A DNA stretch of 62,992 nucleotides, filler included, from Folioceros fuciformis (taxonomy: Eukaryota), in NCBI GenBank assembly GCA_049999805.1. It is 5 parts of 5 records of this genome, joined end to end, with 100 filler letters (N's around TTAATTAATTAA, not from the genome) between each part and the next. Parts side by side here need not be neighbours in the genome. Positions count along the whole stretch, not along the records: positions 16,229 to 47,644 come from JBNGIO010006415.1; positions 47,745 to 54,198 come from JBNGIO010006416.1; positions 54,299 to 59,493 come from JBNGIO010006419.1; 2 more parts are not named here. One strand, given 5' to 3'. Every line of letters begins with the position of its first letter. Positions within the stretch are counted from its first letter, which is position 1. The position numbers were made by a program, and so were the translations under genes. The notes beneath the pieces were generated by a model that saw nothing but the letters and a program-made list of their open reading frames with translations, made no database searches and was not told the DNA's origin. Shown here in pieces: positions 44,881 to 56,999 of this stretch.

Positions 44881-46329
44881 TTGCAAGTGTGACATGTGGC
44901 TTAAAGGAGCATGATGATTCAGTCTTCAGTAGGTGGAGGGGTTTGATCCCTTCATATATTTAGGGTTTGTTCCCTTGAGTGTTAAAGGCTTTCAATCATA
45001 GAGATAAGTGTGACAATCATGCCATTGATCTGGTTGATGGCTTGGACAATTACCCTGGAGGTGAGGTGGGCATGCAATTCCATGGAAACGATAGGGCTTT
45101 CATGCATTTGTGCTGCAGATTGGTTTCTGTCAAGATTTGGATTCTCTAAGCACAAGGATTATCTTCTTTGGTTGAAATTTACCCTACCCAAATCACTTAG
45201 CAAGGATGCCCAATTTTGATGGATATAAGCCTTGCTCTAATCGCATTGTGGAGGTTACCAATTCTCCAAAGAATTACTGTAGAATTTCTCCCTAACCCTC
45301 AAAATGGGAAGGACCACCACGTACCATGCATAGTAGTTCCTTCTCCTAGGCATTTTTCAAGAAATGAGAAATAACTTGTAGCACAAGAACGCGCGACATC
45401 AACATCATTAACATCCATACATGCTAGGCATTGCAATCATGCGCTTGCACTCAATTCTTTCTTACATTTGCTGTGATACCGAGAAAGAGAAGAGGAATGA
45501 GATGAACTCAGGACTAAACTCTTTCATTCATTACATACAATACCAAAAAGTTCTCTTATCAAGTTACCAAAACAACACAACCCTAGTTTATCTTTGCGGA
45601 TTACAGATGTTCCATCTCCACATCTACTCCAACAAGCAAGGCTAGCATGCTGGATTACACTACCAGTCCAATTAGCGTCATGCTGAGTCTTGTCACACCA
45701 AAGTTCAATTATCCTTTCTCCAAGGCCTGTTTTGAAATCATCAATTTTAGGGTTCCTTTTTCACATTTTATTTTCTTTCATTATTTTTTTTCTTATTTAT
45801 TTATTTATTTTTTAACTTCTATATTTTTATCATAAAAAAATAGTATTGTACCAAAGCCCCTTGCAATTACATACGAACTACTTGAGCACGTAGATATTCT
45901 AGGGCTACCAACTTTTTTTTGTCAAAGACTAAGCTTTGATTATAGAAGAGACCTCATATAATTGGATTCAAAGAATTTTTGCTTTTTTTAGCAAAGACTA
46001 AGCTTTGATTATAGAAGAGTCCTCATATAATTGGATTGCAAGAATTTTTGCTCATAGTAAGTGTATAATGGCTTGCACCAAGTAAACAACTCTTACGATG
46101 AGCGATAACATAGGTTTAATGAAGCAAATTTTCTCTTTGACTCCTTGATGATCGACAATTTTATGTCGTGCTACACAAGATCTTGTTTCTCAACAATTGA
46201 ATCTTTTCACCCTGAGACTGTTGAATCCTATTATACTTTATATATATATACTTAGCATAGATTCATATATATATGGGGTGGCCAACCCCTACGTTGAGAT
46301 ACACATATATTCTTACAATAGTGCACACA

Positions 46330-47644
46330 AGATAGATATCTCCCCTTGAGTGCTTGCTTCGTGTCGTGCACACCAAGGCTACTAGTCATCATTGCACTCT
46401 TTGGTGGCTCACTTCACACGAGATCGACGAAAAGAGCAGCTTCTCTGCTTCTCTTCTCGACATCTTAGGGTCGATCACCAACCACCAACCACAAGATTAA
46501 TCTCCTCTACCATCCGAAATTGCGCTAACCCAATGAGCCTAACATCCTGTGGCCAAGTTGAAAACGACTATTTGACAACCTCAAGTCTCAACCGCTCTAG
46601 ATATTTCCTACACAACTTAAACAATCTGACCTTTATAATTGTCTGACAAACTTCATTTGGGTCACAATAAATGTAACGTTTGACGACTATAAAGCCAACA
46701 GCCAGCATCGCCTCCAAACCAGATGCAATTCAAGCAACCAACTCAACCACAACCAATCCATGCGACGAACTCAATGTCACAAGTTTATTACACATAGGTT
46801 CTAATTTACATATTGCCTACTTTATACAAATCTAAATCTTATCATATAGATGAAATTCAGTTCGCCTCTTTTCCAATTCTCTATAAATTTCAGCTAATGT
46901 TCTAGCAACATCTACTCTCATAGAATCCTCCTCCACCTTAAAGCCACTGCATTCATGAGCACCCAATTTTTGCATATCATGCACCACCCATAACTTATCT
47001 TCCTCATCCTCTTCATCCTGTCCTCTTAAAGAAGTCGTCATGTTTACCACACATGCATCCTACCCATCCTCCTGCCACTGTAACTTGAGTGGAATAGTTG
47101 CCAAGTTCATTCCATCCCCTTGTCACCAACTTGGACGATAATAGAATTCTTCTATCCATAAGTCCACACCTCCTCCAGGCATAAACAGAGCTTCGAGTCC
47201 CAGAATGACATCAAAATTTCCAAAATTGACTATGAAGCACCTCACTTCAATGGTGGTCTCCTCCTTAGTTCTAGGCTTAAAGCACAACTGTAATTTTTCT
47301 TTTGTTTTAGGTGCACGAACAGACACCGGCCTGTATGTACAACAGGAGGTGTCTACTCCTACTACTGCCTGCCTCCCTCTCTCCACCCCCGCGTCTGCGA
47401 GCTTGCCGACACTCCCTTCAATTTCTTCAAATGACTTCGTCTTCTCCACCCTTTGTCCCGCAGAACCATGACCTTGCTCTTCCTCAACCTTGCCTCCCTC
47501 ACATGTAAATTGCACTGGTTTCCTTTGTTTGCGCTGCTCTATGAAGATAGGTCTACTCTCCTCCTCAACCTCCACTGGCTTCTCGTTCTCAATTTCTTGC
47601 CTAACCTCGACCTATCTTTGCTCACACTCATGTCACTCTACCAT
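46330..47644 (-). mobile_element. Probable Ty3/gypsy remnant
   Basis: Protease-like C-terminal segment EVRCFIVNFGNFDVILG, acidic low-complexity ORF pieces and a minus-strand purine tract at ~46339-46347. Confidence 0.4.
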
Positions 47645-47777
47645 NNNNNNNNNNNNNNNNNNNNNNNNNNNNNNNNNNNNNNNNNNNNTTAATTAATTAA
47701 NNNNNNNNNNNNNNNNNNNNNNNNNNNNNNNNNNNNNNNNNNNNCATCCGTCCTGATCTCCTTCTGAAATAAAGGTC

Positions 47778-50700
47778 ATGGCTACTGGAAGCGGAGGAGG
47801 AAGCGGTACCGGAAGTGGAGGTGGAGGGGGAGGAGGCGGAGGTGGAACTGTCCCCTCTCTTCCTGCAGTTCCTGTCATCCCACAGCCATCTTATTCTGTG
47901 GAGTTTAAGGAGCGAGACAGATTCAATGGCCTGAAATTTGAAGGCTGGAAGGTGCGCATGACAGCTGCCCTACAAGCTCGGCATGTATGGGGAGTTGTTA
48001 TTGGCACGCTTAAGGAACCGGCACAATCTGCCACACAAGAAGAAAAGGACAAGTGGGCGAACCTGAATTACGTTGCACGCGCCGTCTTGATTAGCGGGCT
48101 GGACGAATCTCTTCTCGCCGATGTCGCTTTTCTTACCAAGGCTGAAGAGATCTGGACTCTTCTCACACAGACATATGAGGCTAAGAATATTCTTACCATG
48201 TGTGCTGTTCGTGGTGAACTGTTTTCCTTACGTCTCAAGGAAGGTGACAAGGTGTCTCCTTTTGTCATCCGCTTCAGACAATTGCGAGCCCAACTAATCC
48301 ACCTTGGTTCACAGTTCCCTGAGCTCGACGCTATTAGTCAGCTGCTGACGAGCTTGCCTCCTAGCTACCAAACTTTTGTTTCTAGCTATGGAGCTACAGT
48401 CCGGGCTGCTGATGCTGCACGAGCTGCAGGACAACCCACAAACATAAATCTTTCCGACGTGATTGGAGCTCTGTTGCAGGAGGAACAAAGCAGACTCACG
48501 TCCACTTACCACGGTGGCAAAACGAAGACTGACAAGGTTTTGTTCACCAAGGGCAGGTTTAGCAAACAACGGCCTCCCTCTGGAGCAGGTTTTAAACCTG
48601 GCTCGACAAAACGGGCTGGATCATGCAACTGGTGTGGTATCCAGGGCCATTGGGAAAGAGAATGCAGGAAAAAGAAAGCTGGTGAGGCACGCAAAGCTGA
48701 GAAGCCTTCTCGACAGGCTGAAGCACATGTTGCTGCCACCAAGGACCGACCATCTTCGTCGACACCTCACAAGCAACCTGTTGTAATGACAGTTTGTTTT
48801 GTCTCGTCTGCATTTCACTCCCCACACACTTGGTACCTAGACTCTGGGGCCACGTCTCACATCTGTAATAATCGGTCCATATTCCATTATTACAAGGCAT
48901 CTCTCACCTCTGACAAAGTTCTGTTAGGTGATGAAGTTACACGTACTGGCTTGAGCATCAAAGGTCATGGTACGTGTGTGTTTCGTTTGAATGATTGCTC
49001 ACTTTTGCATTTAGAAAATGTTCTGCACGTCCCGCACATGGCTAAGAATTTGATTTCCGTCAGTCAGTTGATGTCCCTTCGTCTTTACGACCTGATGTTC
49101 TCCTTGTCTGCTTGTCAGCTTATAAGCAGAGGGGGGGATAAGCAGGTCGTAGCAAATGGTACTTTAGTCCATGACTTGTATCAGCTTGACTTAACTTGCC
49201 TATCTGGTGACGTTGTTCATGTTGCTCAGACATCCCAAGCTGCAGAGGCCCGTCTTTGGCATGCTAGACTTGGCCATGCAAACCGGGATAAACTTATCAA
49301 AATGGCAAATCTGTCTTGCCATAGAGAGCCGCTGCCTAAGTGTTTTAAGAACTTACCCTTGTGTGATGCATGTGTAATTGCTAAGCAGAAAGAAGTTCCT
49401 TTTCCTAGAACTGTTGCCCATTGTGCATCTCAGGTCTTAGATCTTGTGCATGCGGATACTTCTGGAAAAATCCATGTTCCAAGTTTAGGGGGTGCACAAT
49501 ACTATTTAACACTTACGGATGACTACAGTAGGTATTCCTGGACTTTTCCTCTTAGGTTAAAGTCTGATACTTTTAATGTCTTTAAGGAGTGGCTCGTCAT
49601 GATTCAACGTCAGACAGGACTCTTGTTGAAATGTCTTCGTACAGACAATGGGACAGAATTTGTCCATGCCCATTTTACTCAGTTCTTGCTGGACAATGGA
49701 ATTGTAAGGCAGCTTATAGTTCCTTATACTCAGCAGCAGAATGGCGTTGCTGAGAGGAGAAATCAGACCCTGCTAGGCATGACCAGAAGCATGCTAGAAT
49801 GGTCTGGTCTAAGCAAGGCCTTCTGGGCAGAGGCGGTGGTCACCGCTACCTATATCTTGAATCGTCTCCTGACAAGTGCGGTGGAAGGCAAGACTCCTTT
49901 TGAGGTGATTTGGCAAAGGAAGCCCAGTATTTTACATCTTCGGGTCTTTGGTTCTCCAGCCTACGCTTATGTGCCAGAGGAAAAACGTAAGAAGTTGGAG
50001 GACAGGGCCAAACCTCTGCTATTTGTGGGTTATGGAGAAGAATCAAAGGCATACAAGCTGTACGCCACGCTCACTAATTCAGCTATTTTTGCTCGAAGTG
50101 TGACATTTAAGGAGCTTACTTCTCCTGCCCAGCCTTATCTTGATTCCTTACTACATAATCAGGAGACTGTCACACATGTTGAAATATCAGATCAGGATGG
50201 GTATACTTCTTTTCCACAAGATGAAGCTCCTGAAGATTATGCTCAAGTTCCTATCCCTCTTGTTCATGATCCACAGGTTTCAGCTCCTGGTTTAGACGAG
50301 GATTTTGCAGCAGCAGTAGATCCTCCTATGTTAGCAGATCCTCACCCCATAGCTAATGTTGAAGTTAACAATGATGAAGCTGTGGCTGGATTTGGTGCTG
50401 ATGATTTACATGTCCTTCAGGATACAATTCCTCCTAATGATGGTCTGCAACTTCCAGGGGATGGGGAACCTCCTCAACCGGTCCTCCCTGTTATTCTTCC
50501 AGATGTGATAGAGCCGGAGCCTCGGTATCCACAAAGGACACGATTACCTCCAGCTCAATGGGCGGAACCCCCATACAAGTCAATTGATTTTCGCAGACAT
50601 CAAGCTGGTGTTTCTCTTCCTCAAGTTCATGTTTCTTCTACAGAGATACCTTCTTCTATCAACAAGTCGGAGCCTCGTTCATATCATGAGGCAGTTACAG

Positions 50701-52247
50701 GTCCAGATAAGGATTTCTGGATCCCTTCCATCAAAGATGAGTATGACTCGCTTATTAAAAATGACACTTGGGAATTATGTCCTTTGTCTTCTGGACGTAA
50801 AGTCGTTGGCTCCAAGTGGGTTTTCAAACATAAGTTGAATGCAAATGGAGAGATTGCTAGGTATAAATCCCGTTTGGTAGCACGGGGTTTTACCCAAATT
50901 CCTGGAGTTGACTTCACAGAAACTTTTAGCCCAGTGGTCAAAACTCAATCCATACGGATGATTATTGCTCTTGCAGCAGCTCATGCCTGGGATTTGCAAC
51001 AGATGGATGTATGTACTGCTTTTCTTTATGGGGAGCTTGAGGAGGACATATACATGCAACAGCCTGAAGGCTTTGTAGACCCTGAACATCCTGACTGGGT
51101 TTGTCGTCTCAAGAAGACCATATATGGTCTTAAACAGTCTGCTAGGGAATGGTACAAAACCATTGACGCATACCTCAAGTCTCTTGGGTTTCTGCAAAAT
51201 CCAGGTGATGCTAATGTTTATTTCTATTCCAAGGCTGGTGGTATGGTGGTGCTTGCCTTATATGTTGACGATGCTATACTGGCTTCCAATGATCCTGCAT
51301 TACTGGCTTGGGTTAAACAGATGCTTCATTCCAAGTTTGACATGAAGGATATTGGCACCCTCACCTTTGTACTTGGTGTACAGTTGGTTCGAGATTTTTC
51401 TTCTAACACCATCATGTTACATCAGTCTAAATATATTTTAGAAACTCTTCGTCGTTTTCAACTTGAGTTTGCCAAGCCTGTAGCCACTCCTGGTGTTGCT
51501 GGTGTTAAATTGTCCATTGCCCAATGTCCTCAGACAGATTCTGAGAAGGCAGCCATGTCTACTGTTCCTTATAGACATGCGGTCGGGTGCCTTAATTATA
51601 TCTCCTGCTGGACCCGTCCTGATATCCAGTATTCTGTTAGTGCCGTTTCTCAATTCTTGGACAATCCTGGTAAGGAGCACTGGGGTGCCGTTAAACGCAT
51701 TCTTCGGTATTTACGGGGCACTTTACATTATGGGCTATGCTTCCGGGGGCGAAGAAAGGACACACTTGCCGTCTTTGGTTGGGCTGATGCTGACTGGGCC
51801 ACAGATCCGGATGTGCGTCGAAGCATATCCGCATATTGTTTTACCCTCTCTGGTGCTGCCATCCATTGGAGTTCCAAGAAACAGGTTTCTGTAGCTCTCT
51901 CCTCGACTGAGGCAGAGTATAAGGCTTTAACTGAAGCCTCTAAAGAGGCTATTTGGGAGTGCTGTTTTCTTGCTGGACTTGGCTTTCCTCAGCTACAGCC
52001 TACGCCCATTTTCTGTGACAATTTATCTACAATTGCTATGACAGCTAATCCACGCTTTCATGCCCGCACAAAACACATTGAGGTGCAACATCATTTTATT
52101 AGGCATTCTGTTCAACAGAAAGAAGTGACAATTCAGCATGTTTCAACTGATCTGAATCTAGCTGATCTGCTTACGAAATACCTACCTGCTTCCAAACATA
52201 TGATACATATGGAGGCGCTCGGTATTCAAGACTGCTCCTCAACCTAA
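47778..52247 (+). CDS. Intact copia Gag-Pol polyprotein
   Basis: Zn knuckle CNWCGIQGHWEREC, protease WYLDSGATSH, LWHARLGH, integrase TDNGTEF/QNGVAERRN, RT YVDD and RNase H DADWA/STEAEY in copia order. Confidence 0.97.
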   Translation: MATGSGGGSGTGSGGGGGGGGGGTVPSLPAVPVIPQPSYSVEFKERDRFNGLKFEGWKVRMTAALQARHVWGVVIGTLKEPAQSATQEEKDKWANLNYVARAVLISGLDESLLADVAFLTKAEEIWTLLTQTYEAKNILTMCAVRGELFSLRLKEGDKVSPFVIRFRQLRAQLIHLGSQFPELDAISQLLTSLPPSYQTFVSSYGATVRAADAARAAGQPTNINLSDVIGALLQEEQSRLTSTYHGGKTKTDKVLFTKGRFSKQRPPSGAGFKPGSTKRAGSCNWCGIQGHWERECRKKKAGEARKAEKPSRQAEAHVAATKDRPSSSTPHKQPVVMTVCFVSSAFHSPHTWYLDSGATSHICNNRSIFHYYKASLTSDKVLLGDEVTRTGLSIKGHGTCVFRLNDCSLLHLENVLHVPHMAKNLISVSQLMSLRLYDLMFSLSACQLISRGGDKQVVANGTLVHDLYQLDLTCLSGDVVHVAQTSQAAEARLWHARLGHANRDKLIKMANLSCHREPLPKCFKNLPLCDACVIAKQKEVPFPRTVAHCASQVLDLVHADTSGKIHVPSLGGAQYYLTLTDDYSRYSWTFPLRLKSDTFNVFKEWLVMIQRQTGLLLKCLRTDNGTEFVHAHFTQFLLDNGIVRQLIVPYTQQQNGVAERRNQTLLGMTRSMLEWSGLSKAFWAEAVVTATYILNRLLTSAVEGKTPFEVIWQRKPSILHLRVFGSPAYAYVPEEKRKKLEDRAKPLLFVGYGEESKAYKLYATLTNSAIFARSVTFKELTSPAQPYLDSLLHNQETVTHVEISDQDGYTSFPQDEAPEDYAQVPIPLVHDPQVSAPGLDEDFAAAVDPPMLADPHPIANVEVNNDEAVAGFGADDLHVLQDTIPPNDGLQLPGDGEPPQPVLPVILPDVIEPEPRYPQRTRLPPAQWAEPPYKSIDFRRHQAGVSLPQVHVSSTEIPSSINKSEPRSYHEAVTGPDKDFWIPSIKDEYDSLIKNDTWELCPLSSGRKVVGSKWVFKHKLNANGEIARYKSRLVARGFTQIPGVDFTETFSPVVKTQSIRMIIALAAAHAWDLQQMDVCTAFLYGELEEDIYMQQPEGFVDPEHPDWVCRLKKTIYGLKQSAREWYKTIDAYLKSLGFLQNPGDANVYFYSKAGGMVVLALYVDDAILASNDPALLAWVKQMLHSKFDMKDIGTLTFVLGVQLVRDFSSNTIMLHQSKYILETLRRFQLEFAKPVATPGVAGVKLSIAQCPQTDSEKAAMSTVPYRHAVGCLNYISCWTRPDIQYSVSAVSQFLDNPGKEHWGAVKRILRYLRGTLHYGLCFRGRRKDTLAVFGWADADWATDPDVRRSISAYCFTLSGAAIHWSSKKQVSVALSSTEAEYKALTEASKEAIWECCFLAGLGFPQLQPTPIFCDNLSTIAMTANPRFHARTKHIEVQHHFIRHSVQQKEVTIQHVSTDLNLADLLTKYLPASKHMIHMEALGIQDCSST

Positions 52248-52701
52248 TTCTGATACATACCCGAGCTGCAGGTATGGTGGATGAAACTTCATCTTGAATC
52301 CAGTCGCATCCTGCAGCTCCTAGGCTTTTCTTCTGTTACTCTGGAGGCAGTGGAGTTTCTCTGGCCCGTTTCAGCTATTGCTCCAGTGCCTCTGCTGCCA
52401 TGCTATTGGTTTGTGTTGGCTTCAGTTCCCTCACGGCGAAGGAAATCTGCAGCTGACACTCCCAATTCGCGATCTGCCAGCGTTGTTCAGTCACGAACTC
52501 GTTCCACTCCTGGTGCTGGGTTCGTTGTGCTTTGCTCCGTGCTCGTCACCCCTGTTTCCTCACTTCCTCGCAGCTTTTCTGGTACACGAGGAACACCGCT
52601 AGTGCAAAGGCGCACAGACTGAGGCATTGACCCAATATTCCTGCCATGGCGTGTGGATCGGTCACCTCGTAACCCAACAGCCTGCTTTGTTTACGGGGGC
52701 A

Positions 52702-52883
52702 TGTTGGAAGTAACCCCGTTAGGATTAGCTTCTTATAAACGTTGCAGCTGTTAGGTGGTTTAATAGCTAATTATGAAAGGTCATGACTCTTGGAGAGTTT
52801 TTTGTATATAAGCACTTTATTATTCATAAATAAACATAACATGAGAACAACTTTGAGTATGTTAGATCCTCAAATGTTTCACA
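52702..52883 (+). repeat. 182-bp copia LTR
   Basis: Starts TG, ends CA, and lies between a G-rich PPT and a tRNA-iMet PBS. Confidence 0.88.
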
Positions 52884-53152
52884 TGGTATCAGAGCTCTTA
52901 AGGTCTTGATATCTATGTCTACAAGAATCTTAGTCTAGTACTGTATATGCATGGTCGAAGGAAAAATGAGGACACAAAATCCATTAGTTACAGCTAGTGG
53001 CTCCTGGACCTTATGTCACCATTCTTCCTCCCACCCTGCGGTACAACATCAATACTGGGCTACGATTCACAACTTGTATGACAATAATTAAAGCGAAAAA
53101 TTCCGCTGTGCAAATCTGCTTGCAACAGAGCAGTAGATGATGACAGTCAAAG

Positions 53153-53677
53153 ATGTCTCGACGAAGACGATCTCGTGTCGAGCATCCGAGTGGCGCGCCC
53201 TGTAGCCATCACAATTTCAGACAATATGTGGGATCATCCAGACATGCTCGAGACAACAGGGCTGGACAGGATGACATCTCATACAACTTACCTTTCTCTC
53301 GATCACCCAATCGCGTTGAAGGGCAACCAAAAGTCGAGTTGAGGAACACCCTCAGTTCTGGTTCAACAGACTTACTTGAAATTGTAGGAGCATACAGAGT
53401 GCTCGACGACAGATTGATAGCTACAAAGTCAGCATTGTTGGCGGCCTTATCCCACCAGGGTGAGGTGCAATTTGCTCGACACAAAGAAGTTCTGGCGGCC
53501 ATCGATCTTTTCTTGCGAATACAAACAACCTTGCTTGAGGAAGTGCGCGATTTGACAAAACTGGTGCGGAATCTTACCTCTCATTCCGGAGCGTCTTCCA
53601 TAGTCGCAGATTTGTTGCAGGTGCTTGTTTTCAATCGCGAGAAATCCAGATCTCGGGAGCCACCAACGGCACCGTAG
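53153..53677 (+). CDS. Extra 174-aa ORF in the copia leader, upstream of gag (helical/coiled-coil, basic N-terminus)
   Basis: ATG-initiated open frame between the PBS and the gag ATG (54185), with an amphipathic Leu-rich C-terminal half. Confidence 0.5.
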   Translation: MSRRRRSRVEHPSGAPCSHHNFRQYVGSSRHARDNRAGQDDISYNLPFSRSPNRVEGQPKVELRNTLSSGSTDLLEIVGAYRVLDDRLIATKSALLAALSHQGEVQFARHKEVLAAIDLFLRIQTTLLEEVRDLTKLVRNLTSHSGASSIVADLLQVLVFNREKSRSREPPTAP

Positions 53678-54298
53678 CGTTCAGCTCAGGCACGCGGCAT
53701 CGCCAGGCCTGAAGCGACGTTCGGCAAGGCATGATTCTGGCTGGGATCCGCGATCCATCGTGGAAGTTGTGTTCTTTCCAATCCAGCGATGCGCTCGAGA
53801 TCTCAAGCGGTGTCTGCAGTTGAGCGGGCCTGAAGAAATCTGTCTCGTGGGCCTTCCCAGTCTGAAGCGTCGCACATCTTGAACCTGAAGCGGTGCACCC
53901 TTGCCTCGAAGCTGTGATTCTTCCTGAACTCTGGTTGCGGGTGCCTGAAGACTGGTTCTCTTGGTTGTTGCGGACGCCCCTGCAGCATGACTCCGGTGAC
54001 ATCCAGCGTGCTACCAATTGTCACAAGCGCTCTCTGCTGCAAAATCTAGAAACCCTGACTTTACCTCTCTCCCGCTACGCGCTTCTCTTCCGACTGTCAA
54101 CCTTTCTTGTAGCATGATCCATTCTTCGAAGAAGATCTTGGGCGGTCTGATCATCCGTCCTGATCTCCTTCTGAAATAAAGGTCATGGCTACTGGAAGNN
54201 NNNNNNNNNNNNNNNNNNNNNNNNNNNNNNNNNNNNNNNNNNTTAATTAATTAANNNNNNNNNNNNNNNNNNNNNNNNNNNNNNNNNNNNNNNNNNNN

Positions 54299-55661
54299 TG
54301 ACTTGAAGTTTTGTTTAGGGATCCAATTGGTGAGAGCTGATGGGGTGATGGCCATACATCAAAACAAGTACATCAAGGAAATTTTGACTAAGTTTCATAT
54401 GGACGAGGCACGACCAACCACTACCCCAGCTGCTATGGGTGTAAAGCTCACTAGTCTTCAATGTGCGCAAACCCCAGAGGAGTAGTTCGATATGCAAGAT
54501 GTTCCATATAGACACGCAGTCGGAAATCTCATTTTTGTGGCGAACTGGACCCGACCTGACATCCAATATGCAGTTAGTACAGCGTCGCAGTTCTTAGAAC
54601 ACCCTGGTAGGGCTCACTGGGTTGCCGTCAAGCGTATCTTCAGATACTTAAAAGGCACAATAACACATGGGCTCATATACAAGCGTAGTGGAAGGCTAAA
54701 CTCATCCTACAAGGTTTCACAGATGCCGACTGGGCACCTGATGCTGACTCCCGTCGCAGCCTCTCCACATATTGTTTTCTTCTTGCAGGAGCTGCTATTA
54801 ATTGGAGTTGCAAGAAACAACCCTCTGTATCTTTATCTTCAACAAAGGCAGAGTATAAATCTCTCACTGAGGCCACCAAGGAGGCTGAATGGGAGAGAAG
54901 ATTCTTGCAAGACTTGGGGCATACACAATAGGATCCTACTCCTATCCTATGCGACAACATGTCAGCCCTTGCCCTGGTCGCTAACCCTCGATTCCATGCA
55001 CGCACCAAGCATATAGAGATATCCCATCATTACATTAGGGATGCCGTGGATAGAGGGGTAACGAAGGTTAGTTATGTTGGAACAGATGACAATGTGGCCG
55101 ACATTCTAACCAAAGCACTTTCTAAGCCAAAACACTATAAGCATATGGATGGCTTAGGGCTGGGTGATTACTCAGCTTATGTGAATGACACATAGTGTAG
55201 GATTAGACCTACAGAGGGAGCGAACGACTCAGTAGATGAAGCCACAAGCAGACAACCACTTGTGAGTTATTCATCTCCATTTTTTCTTTATGAGCTTTCT
55301 TCAATTTCAAAACTACTGCTGCTATGCCGCCAACACATATGTTTTCTACCACAAAGTGGGGGACGCCTCAAGTGTGGAGAATCATTGTCCGCTAGTGGAC
55401 TATTTGCCTTACTTCACTTCTGTGGAGATTGCTCTAGACTAGTTGTTACCTAAGCATGAAGCTTGAGAGGGAGTGTTAAGATAACAAGCCCTGTCACACT
55501 TAGGGTTATATGTATTTAATTTAGATTAAATATGTTTAGTTAAAGTGAAACAACATGACTCTAGGTCATGAATATTTAAACACATGTTTTGTAAACATTT
55601 TGTATTGATTATTTTATTCATTCAGTTTTGGCAACAATCTTTTTTTTGCACAATTTTCACA
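54299..55661 (+). mobile_element. 3' part of a second, degenerate copia family (RT end, RNase H, PPT, LTR)
   Basis: PYRHAVGNL, WTRPDIQYAVS and RTKHIEISHHYIRD with stop/frameshift; PPT GAGAGGGAG, then LTR TGTT(55474)..CACA(55661). Confidence 0.85.
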
Positions 55662-56999
55662 AGTTACCTATGTAGTAGAATGTCTGTCTACCTACACGAG
55701 AGTACCTATGTGGGGTAGATGCCTAGGAGCGAGGGTACCTACTTAGGTATGCCTACTTATAGGCATTTAGCCTAGGCCTACACCTATGTAGGTAGGGAAG
55801 GTACTTATATGGGCTAGACACCCCACCTACAAAAAGGAAGTGGTAGGGAGCCTACCTACGAGAGAGGGAGTAGGGAACCTATCTATGAGAGGAGCAACAA
55901 GAGCCAACCTACAAGCCTACAACAACTGAGGGATGGATGTGGCCACGATACATGTGAGTGGGTGCCTGGTAGGGGAACCATCTTGCTCGTCCACACCTTG
56001 GAAAAGAAGTGACAACCCAAGTATAGGAGAGGGAAATTGTCAGCATTGGAAGATGCTGCAAGGAGTTATGTGAAGATGTGGTAAGATGCTTTGAAGCATT
56101 CTTTGCATGTGTAAGAGCTCAAAGGCCTTTGAACAGCCATTTCCATGATCTAAAGGAGGCTGTAAGATGAGGAGAGTGTGTTTCTGTAAGACACATGTTG
56201 TTTGCAAGGGCACAAACAAGTGAGGTGGGGAGTAATGTGGAATAGAAAACTTTGGTAATCAGTCTAAATTAGTCTAGGAAGGTTTGACTTGGTTCCCTTT
56301 TGCTTAAGACGGTTCAAAAAAAAAGGCATATGGAAGGCAAGTCTTTGGGCAAGCACCCACGGGAGGTAGTGAGTGGCTAGTGAAGGTTTTATTAGATTTG
56401 TTTCATTCTATTTTGGTAGGTTATGTGTGTCGCAATAGGATGAGGTAATACTCCATTAAGAAAAGAAGATACCTCCTTAGGATGTCTACCTACTTACCAT
56501 AGGGTATATCCCTACGTAGGGAGGGTATATGTAGGACGTCTACGTATATGCATGTAGATTTAGGCAGTGACTTCGCCTCCTTTTAAGAGTAGTCTTAGCC
56601 AATCCATGCTTGGAGATCTAGAAAAGGGGAGGGCTAAGAATCTTTAATGGCGGTGTCGATGATCCCCAACTTTTAGTGGTGCGCGCTGCCATGATAGATT
56701 ATTGGTAGGCCTTTATATCTTGATAGGCATTTGAATTGAAGTTTGTGGCGGCTAGTGCGAGAGAAGAATAGTCCAACACCTGCATGTAGGGGAAGGTTCA
56801 TGTGTAGATGTGAGAGGAGAGTAGTCCAACATCTACATGTAGGGGAAGGTTCATGTGTAGAGGTCTCCTATAAGAAGAGGTTGCACAAACAAATGAACCA
56901 CGACATTTTGCACTCTTCTCATGGCAAGTCCTCATGCTCAGCAAAGCATAGTTCATTGCCGGTTGTGTGCCTTCCTCATGCTTAGCNNNNNNNNNNTGG

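Larger units (their letters stand above)
47745..54198 (+). mobile_element. Young Ty1/copia element, circularly permuted in the assembly: gag-pol, PPT, single LTR, PBS, leader with extra ORF, gag start again
   Basis: PPT-like tract ~52693-52701; LTR TGTT..CACA 52702-52883; PBS TGGTATCAGAGC 52884-52895. 54152-54198 is identical to 47745-47791. Confidence 0.92.

Noticed and set aside
54299-55661. Treating this as the 3' end of the copia restarting at 54185
   Set aside because: Protein and LTR sequences differ from the intact element; it is a separate family across a gap.
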